NCBI RefSeq assembly: GCF_009914755.1
Contig: NC_060930.1
Length of the DNA stretch: 64,000 nucleotides
From: the human T2T-CHM13v2.0 reference genome, Homo sapiens
Strand: one strand, 5' to 3'
Every line of letters starts with the position of its first letter. Positions within the stretch are counted from its first letter, which is position 1. Below, piece by piece: positions 56,331 to 64,000 of the stretch. The notes under the pieces were generated by a model that searched no databases, was not told the origin of the DNA, and saw nothing but the letters and a program-made list of their open reading frames with translations. A program made the position numbers and the translations under genes.

Positions 56331-58554
56331 TTTTAAATCCTGTGGTCTGAAGAGATGTTGTGGGGATGTCATGTTGAAGAATCAGGGATTCTGTGAACCA
56401 ATTGGATGTTAGTGCTGGTGGGGGCTGGATTCCATGTGCCACACAAAGACGTTTCAACTGAGTCCAGAAATGGTTAGAGTAGGACAAGCTTCTTTGGTTC
56501 CAACTCGGTAGAGTGTGAGAGTTGGCGATGCTGTAGCTCTTGCTGCACTGGGCACGTGGAGGACTAGCCAGAGCCTGCTCCTTTTTTTGGGGAGACTGAA
56601 ACACTGACAATGCTCAGAAGTTAGGCAATGGTGGTAGGGGTTGAAGCTCTACATTGAGCACATGGCAGAAGATCTAGGAGGACGGTAGAGCCAAGCAAAT
56701 TTCTGGGGTTGGAGGACACAGAAATTGCATTTGATACACATTCTAAAAACATTTTCACTAATTATAATCCTATATAACTGTGCGAAGTGGGCAAGAGTCA
56801 AGTAGATACATGTCTTTGGTTGCAGACTCCTCAGCAGAAGCAGCATGCAATCTAAGTAACATTGATAGCAGGTTGCAGAGCCAAATTCTTTCACCTCCTC
56901 ATTCCTATTCCCCGAGAATGGTAGTGTGGTTTGGTGGTACCCTGGGAAGCACGTAAGTTTAGGTATTAGGAAATCTGGTTCTAGTCTAAAACCTATCACG
57001 AGCTAGCCATGTGACCTTGCATACCTCTCTTCAGCCCTTCTGGCTTTAGAGTCTTGACCTAATATGATGAATAGCTAGGTTATTTCAGTTCCAAATCTTA
57101 TGAGCTGTCACTAGAATCATATTGTATTGGCAAGAAATGCCCCCTTTAGGCTTACTACTGGCTTCAGGCTGGTTTCTACGTATTGAAAGAACTGATGCAA
57201 GGTGAAGAAGGCACTTTGTGGTGGAATGTCAATTGAGCCTTACAAGTTGAAAGATGGAAACACATTAAGGGCAGACAGAGGTAAATAAAAAAAATAGATC
57301 TTATGGAATGAATACTATTAAGACTCTGCTACATGAAGCTGATAAATAAGAACATATTAAAACAGCAATATTTAAAAGAAACAAAAAGTGAGGCTCAACC
57401 TAGTATCTTTTCAATACCACTTATTCTTGCTGTCTTTCAATTAACTGTGATAAAGCAATAATTCTGGAACTTCCTTTCTTACGAGCTGGAATATTCAGGG
57501 GTCAGTTGCAGTGGGCACCTCTGCCATTGTTTGGCAGCTGAGTACCTTAGCCTAGAATCCTTGTAGCCTTTCTCCCTCAACTGCTACCTCATTATGAAGG
57601 AAGCTGTCACTTCAACCCTCAGGTTCTGTTCTTTGAAACAGCCACTGAGGGAACAGAATAGGTTTAGTTCATTGCTCATTACATATTTATGTTGAGGGGA
57701 GTCTTTAAATTATCTTTTAGCTTGTCATTATCATTTAATATTTCCTACTTCCAAGTTAAGTCAGGTTAGAAAGATGGAGAAAAATCATGCAGGGGCTCTC
57801 TCGTCTCTTTCTTTTGCTAAAATTCCTTGAGTTCATCTTCCAAGCAGACAGAGATACAGGAATGATAAAATAACGGCCTAAAGTTGTTACAGTCATTCTC
57901 TCCTTGGTTGGTTTTCGCTGTTTAAGCTTCCAGGCTGCCCAGTTTTTAGTGAAAGAGATTCCTTAACATTAAGCCAGATTGTTGCTAAACCATGAAATTT
58001 TTTGATTTTTAATAGTTTATACCCATTCTCACAACTCTCAGCAGTTTTGCACCTCTGATCCACTGAATTTTTAACATCTAAGTATGCATATTTTCATGTT
58101 CCTTCTCTTTCTCTGATTGTTCCTTTTAAATTGAAACATATTCCTGATTTCTGGGTGTAACTTACTCTAGGAAATATATATGTGTATATATTTGTAATAT
58201 ATATGTATAATTGTATGTACATGTGTATAATATAGATGTATAACTATTAGACTATTTACATATATAAATAAGATACATCTCTTATTTAATTGAACTGTCT
58301 TTGTATCTAACAGGGTTTTGAGTCTTCATGGTGAACACTGTGGTGTGATACCTAGATCTCTCTCAAGGAAGAGCAAGACATTCTAATTGTGAGAATATTG
58401 TCGACATTTAAATTATAGGGATATTATTCTCTAAGATATATTCATGGTAAATATTGTTCCTTAGAGCCCCCTGAATCAGTCTTCCTCTTAGTGATTTTAT
58501 AATTTTTAAAAAAATTCATTTACAGAATTCTAGTACCTCTATGTCTACTACTAC

Positions 58555-58815
58555 CGGCTAGCATTTATTAAGCACTTGTCATGTGCTAGAATCTGTTCAA
58601 AGTACTTTATATACATCAACCAACTTAAGATCCACAACCACACTATTGGGTAGGTATCATCAGTATCTCCAGTTTTGTGTATGAGGAAACTAGGGCTTAG
58701 CCACATTAGGAAACTTTTCCAAGGTCACAGAGTCAAACATAGTGAGGGCTGGAAATGGATCCTAGAAGATGTGATTCCAAGTACACATTTTTAACCATAT
58801 CACATTATTCCTCTT
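58555..58815 (-). mobile_element. MIR SINE, near full length
   Basis: GCTAGCATTTATTAAGCACTT...ATGAGGAAACTAGGGCTTAG...CCAAGGTCACAG. Confidence 0.85.
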
Positions 58816-59283
58816 AATACTAGGGGATGGAATTATATTCCAAAAAAAGTTTTGTAGGTTTTTTTGGGTGGCAGAGGGATGAGAGTTGTATACTATAGTC
58901 ATGTATACTATAGTTGTATACTGCAGTCATGTGGATACATTCTTAGAAATGTGCTGTTAGACAGTTACCTTGTGATGCAAAAATCATGGAGCGTACTTAC
59001 ACAAACCTAGATGGTATCGCCTACTACACCATAAGCCATCTGGTATAGCCTATTGCTCCTTGGCTACAAATCTGTGTAGAATGTTACTGTACTGAATATT
59101 GTAGGCGATTATAACACAATGGTAAGTATTTGTGTGTCTAAATATATGAAGATAAAAGATGGAAACTTGGATAGGGCCCTTATGAATGGAGTTTGCAGGA
59201 AAACTGTAAGTTGCTATGGGTAAGTCAGTGAGTGAGTAGTAAGTAAATGAGAAGACCTAGGACATTACTATATACTAAGGTAG

Positions 59284-59580
<297 letters not shown>

Positions 59581-59779
59581 ACTAATGCAGACTTTATAAA
59601 CACTGTGTGCTTAGGCTATACTACATTTATATATATTTTTTCTTTTTTCAATAATAAACTTAACTTACTGTAACTTTTCTGCTTTGTGAAATTTTATCTT
59701 TTTAACTTTTTGACTCTTCTAATTATACTTAGCTTAAAACATGAACATATTGTAAAGCTTGGACAAAAATATATATGTA

Positions 59780-61806
<2,027 letters not shown>

Positions 61807-61900
61807 TTATTATATAAACTTTTTTCTATTTAAAATTTTCTATTTTATTTATTTATTTATTTTTGGCTTGTTAAACTTCTTTTGTCAAAAACTAAGACAT

Positions 61901-64000
61901 GGAAGAACACTCCAGAAGATGGCCAAATAGGAGCAGTTCCAGTCTACAGCTCCCAGCATGAGTGATGATTTCTGCATTTCCAACGGAGATACCAGGTTCA
62001 TCTCACTGGGGCTTGTCAGACAGTGGGTGCAGGACAGTGGATGCAGCTCACGGATCGTGAGCCAAAGCAGGGCAAGGCATCACCTCACCCAGGAAGCACA
62101 AGGGGCCAGGGAATTCCCTTTCCTAGACAAGGGAAGCCGTGACAGATGGCACCTGGAAAATCAGGTCACTGCCACCCTAATACTGCGCTTTTCCAATGGT
62201 CTTACCAAACAGCACACCAGGAGATTATATTCCACGCCTGGCTAGGAGGGTCCCACGCCCATGGAGCCTGGCTCACTGCTAGCACAGCAGTCTGAGATCG
62301 AACTGCAAGGCGGCAGCGAGGCTGGGGGAGGGGCACCTGCCATTGCTGAAACTTGAGTAGGTAAACAAAGCGGCCAGGAAGCTGGAACTGTGTGGATCCC
62401 ACCGCAGCTCAAGGAGGCCTGCCTGCCTCTGTAGACTTCACCTCTGGGGGCAGGGCATAGCTGAACAAAAGGCAGCAGAAACTTCTGCAGACTTAAACGT
62501 CCCTGTCTGACAGCTTTGAAGTGAGTAGTGGTTCTCCCAGCATGGAGTTTGAGATCTGAGAACGGACAGACTGCCTCCTCAAATGGGTCCCTGACCCCCG
62601 AGTAGCATAACTGGGAGGTACGTCTAAGTAGGGGCCATCTGACACCTCATATGGCTGGGTGCCCCTCTGAGATGAAGCTTCCAGAGGAACGATCAGGCAG
62701 CAACATTTGCTGTTCTGCAATATTTGTGGTTCTGCAGCCTCCGCTGGTGATACCTAGGAAACAGGGTCTGGAGTGGACCTCCAGCAAACTCCAACAGACC
62801 TGCAGCTGAGGGTCCTGACTGTTAGAAGGAAAACTAACAAACAGAAAGGACATCCACACCAAAACGTCATGTGTATGTCACCATCATCAAAGAGGAAAGG
62901 TAGATAAAACCACAAAGATGGGGATAAACCAGAGCAGAAAAGCTGAAAATTCTAAAAATCAGAGCACCTCTTCTCCTCCAAGGGAATGCAGCTCCTCACC
63001 AGCAACGGAACAAAGCTGGACGGAGAATGACTTTGACGAGTTGAGAGAAGAAGGCTTCAGAAGATCAGTAATAACAAACTTCTTTGAGCCAAAGGAGGAT
63101 GTTCGAACCCATCACAAAGAAGCTAAAAATCTTGAAAAAAAGATCGAACGAATGGCTAACAAGAATACATAGGGTAGAGAAGACCTTAATTGACCTGATG
63201 GAGCTGAAAACCATGGCACAAGAACTATATGGCACATGCACAAGCTTCAGTAGCTGATTCGACCAACTGGAAGAGAAGGTATCAGTGATTGAAGATCAAA
63301 TGAATGAAATGAAGCAAGAAGAGAAGTTTAGAGAAAAAAGAGTAAAAAGAAATGAACAAAGCCTCCAAGAAATATGGGACTATGTGAAAAGACCAAATCT
63401 ACATCTGATTGGTGTACCTGAAAGTGACAGGGAGAATGGAACAAAGTTGGAAAACACTCTTCAGGATATTATCCAGGAGAACTTCCCCTATCTAGCAAGG
63501 CAGGCCAACATTCAGATTCAGGAAATACAGAGAACACCACAAAGATACTCCTCGAGAAGAGCAACTCCAAGACACATAATTGTCAGATTCACCAAAGTTG
63601 AAATGAAAGAAAATCTGATAAGGGCAGCCAGAGAGAAAGGATGAGTTTCCCACAAAGAGAAACCCATCAGACTAACAGCAGATCTCTTGGCAGAAACTCT
63701 ACAAGCCAGAAGAGAGGGGACCAATAATCAACATTCTTAAAGAAAAGAATTTTCAACCCATAATTTCATATCCAGCCAAACTAAGCTTCATACATGAAGG
63801 AGAAATAAAATCCTTTCCAGACAAGCAAATACTGAGAGATTTTGTCACCACCAGGCCTGCCTTACAAGAGCTCCTGAAGGAAGCACTAAACATGGAAAGG
63901 GACAACCGGTACCAGCTGCTGCAAAAACATGCCAAATTGTAAAGACCATCGTTGCTAGGAAGAAACTGCATCAACTAATGAGCAAAATAACCAGCTAACA
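61901..64000 (+). mobile_element. LINE-1 5' part (5'UTR plus ORF1), L1PA5/6-like, running off the window
   Basis: AAGATGGCCAAATAGG start, long-form 5'UTR, ORF1 fragments and the inter-ORF spacer at the window end. Confidence 0.93.
62918..63942 (+). pseudogene. L1 ORF1, disrupted by frameshift and stop codons
   Basis: Fragments 62918..63172 (MGINQSRKAENSK) and 63285..63644 (EQSLQEIWDYVKRPNL). Confidence 0.9.

Noticed and set aside
56330-56999. GC-richer stretch with 116-118 aa ORFs and a YRPP motif (L2/CR1 endonuclease or processed pseudogene?)
   Set aside because: No correctly spaced GDFN motif, no poly-A or TSD, and no recognisable protein. Left unassigned.

Overview
Human genomic DNA: a near-consensus AluYb8, a human-specific subfamily, sits at 21685-22018. 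The window is AT-rich and dominated by transposable elements, as expected for intronic or intergenic sequence. I found no supportable host protein-coding exon, RNA gene, CRISPR array or CpG-island promoter. The long ORFs in the track are LINE-1 ORF1/ORF2/ORF0 fragments, and the short ones are repeat-derived or look like chance ORFs. Main content: a full-length but frameshifted L1PA3-like element (minus, 25992-32020) nested in an L1MA inside an L2; a 5'-truncated L1PA3/4-like element and the 5' part of an L1PA5/6-like element, both inserted into one Tigger3; eight Alus; solo LTRs (LTR1B-like, MER11, several MLT1); an ERVL LTR with an internal remnant; and many MIR, L2 and old L1 relics. I see no new biological system. 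The best second-look items are six apparently non-consensus variants shared by two L1 copies about 34 kb apart, a 97-bp tandem duplication of an L1 3'UTR G-tract, an amplified motif array in MER11, an open L1 ORF0, a fold-back micro-rearrangement at 8188-8233 and the young AluYb8. Subfamily names come from recalled consensus sequences and need RepeatMasker/Dfam confirmation. Boundaries of old repeats are approximate.
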